Shown one piece after another: positions 31,012 to 33,000 of a stretch of 33,000 bases of DNA. Made by a program: the position numbers and the translations under genes. The notes under the pieces were generated by a model, which had not been told where the DNA came from, did not search any database, and was given only the letters and a program-made list of their open reading frames with translations. Source of the stretch: Octopus sinensis (Eukaryota); assembly GCF_006345805.1 (NCBI RefSeq), contig NC_042999.1:50282001-50315000 (forward strand), given 5' to 3'. Every line of letters begins with the position of its first letter. Within the stretch, counting starts at the first letter, position 1.

Positions 31012-31486
31012 ATAATAATAATAATATATTATTAAAAAATATATGTAGGTTAGACAAAGTTCATTGAGGAAGATTTTCTGTGACTGGCGCCTTTCCTGCC
31101 ACCAACGCTTACCTGTCTGCAAACAAGGTAATATTTCCCTATAGCCAGACATGATTTGGTAGAATATTGGAAATAAACACCATTCATTTACGACAATCAC
31201 ACAATTTTAAGACATGTAGACATAAAGACACACACACAAGCATCTTTCTGTTTCTATCTATTCACAAGACACCTGCCCAGCTATATGTTTAGAAAGCAAA
31301 CTCCTCAACCACATGACTACTCCTGAACCTGTAACATCCTTAATTTGGAAGTCACTTTTAAGTAAAGCAGATGCCTGGCACTTTTAACAGACAGAATATC
31401 TTGTTTTACATACTGCATATTTTTATTCTGAAATACACAAATATGGCTTTCCTCACCATAAAAAAAAAAGAAAAAGAAGAAGATAA

Positions 31487-31497
31487 TAATAATACTG

Positions 31498-31543
<46 letters not shown>

Positions 31544-31548
31544 TGATA
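31487..31548. repeat. (AAT)n microsatellite
   Basis: Direct read. Confidence 0.95.
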
Positions 31549-32676
31549 ACCTTTTTCAAAGCAAAGCTAGTAAGAATGCTTGAATTAGATTTGCAATGTT
31601 TTAACATCTCCAGCACTATTCATTGGCAAAGTAATCTACGTTTTTAGGCTTCTATTTTTAGTAGAACTGACAAATCAAATAGCAGAGATTCAGGTTAAAA
31701 TCATGCTGTAAAAGACAAACATTAAAGTCTTAACCACAGTGATGTGAGTAATGTGAAAGTGGTGTCTAACTGGATGGAATTACTTAACCATTATGTTAAT
31801 TCAATCATTACTATGTTAGAGAATCATTCTGCCATCAAATATCAACAAGACAAATGAACGAAATACAATTGAATATGAATTCAGAAGCAATGAAGGAAGA
31901 AATACCAAATGACAGATAACTTTGTTCCTAGTCTGATTATTAAAGGAAAATATTTTCTGCAACGCTGATAATGCAATGCTCTCAAACTAACAGCACTTTT
32001 GAAAGAAGACACTAAAAACAAGACAAATCAAGTGTGAACATATTTTTCTCCATTACACATATTACATTAAAATCTTGCCTGTATTTTATTTTTTTATAAC
32101 AAGTCTTGTAGAATATTGACTAAGACTTTTATTAAATTATTATATCAGAAGTTCTGAAAGTGATAAAAAAGGGGAAAAAGACATAAAGTGTGTAACTTTG
32201 GATATGTGCATATATATATATATATATAGGTGAACTAGATTTTATGCATGTGTAATACTAGCAAACATTTTCTGTAAATTTATGAAAGACTCTGCTTCCA
32301 TGTCAAATTAATTTCTCGATATTTTCTCTCACTTAAAACGAATATATTTCTTAAACTTGCAAACAAAAATTCTTTATTTTCTTTTTTAAACTTCAATTTT
32401 GTATTACTTTTCACACAACTCCAAGAAATACTAAGCTTTTGGAAATAACATAGCAGGAACCAAACTGAAAGCATGTGATTTATACAGTTAGCTTTTATAA
32501 TTCTGAGATTCTTAAAATCACATGCAATAAAGTATATAAAAAGAATTTATACATGTCGTATAAACCAGTCTGTTCCAAAATTAGAAATTATTTGCATATG
32601 AGCATGGATGTAATAAATACACTTTTTTTTTGTTAAATACTCAAGCAGTTAAAAGAATAATGAATATTAAATTAAC

Positions 32677-32734
32677 CGTCCAACCCATGCTAGCATGGAA
32701 AACGGACATTAAACAATGATGATGATGATGATGA
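32677..32734 (+). mobile_element. Family C 3' end, heavily 5'-truncated
   Basis: CCGTCCAACCCATGCTAGCATGGAAAACGGACATTAAACAA-(TGA)n. Confidence 0.85.
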
Positions 32735-32801
32735 TTCTGCTGTGTCACTTTTAACTTGATAAATTATGTGCCACGTCTTATAGGTCTTACCTTATTGCTA
32801 G

Positions 32802-32870
32802 GTAAAGGCCTATTTTGTGGTGTCTGTGGCTACTATAATTGCAGTGATTTTCTGCTGTATTGCTGAGAAA
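32802..32870 (+). CDS. Candidate 69-nt phase-0 exon encoding a hydrophobic segment
   Basis: Acceptor CTTACCTTATTGCTAG, donor AAA/GTAAGT, frame VKAYFVVSVATIIAVIFCCIAEK. An overlapping minus-strand candidate also exists. Confidence 0.2.
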
Positions 32871-33000
32871 GTAAGTTACCTGTTTTGTTGAAGTGCCACA
32901 GCAACACTAGTCATTAAAACACAAATCCATTTGGTTGTTGTACATCATGTTCATGACTTTTGCTAGAGTTGAGAGAGTGTTTTTCCTTTGTACACATCAA

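Overview
AT-rich, microsatellite-dense eukaryotic non-coding DNA with no confidently identifiable protein-coding gene. Most ORFs in the track are microsatellite or SINE artefacts. The SINE families and (TA)n/(CA)n density resemble what I recall of Octopus genomes; this is inference from memory, not a search result. Content: several tRNA-headed SINE families (my labels A, B, D, E), a (GAT)n-tailed family (C), two internally deleted Tc1/mariner elements with transposase remnants, MITE/foldback hairpins, and a few weak candidate micro-exons. The main unannotated signal is a set of eight type-I hammerhead-ribozyme (HHR)-like motifs in several unrelated repeat families, on both strands. One, at 18040-18086 (+), has a complete catalytic core and three intact helices. 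It sits in a 458-bp-period partial tandem with an inverted 5' copy, the architecture of Penelope-like elements and retrozymes. Another lies about 200 nt downstream of a tRNA-derived Pol III head, like Schistosoma Sm-alpha. All structures were folded and aligned by eye; no ribozyme activity or database match has been tested.
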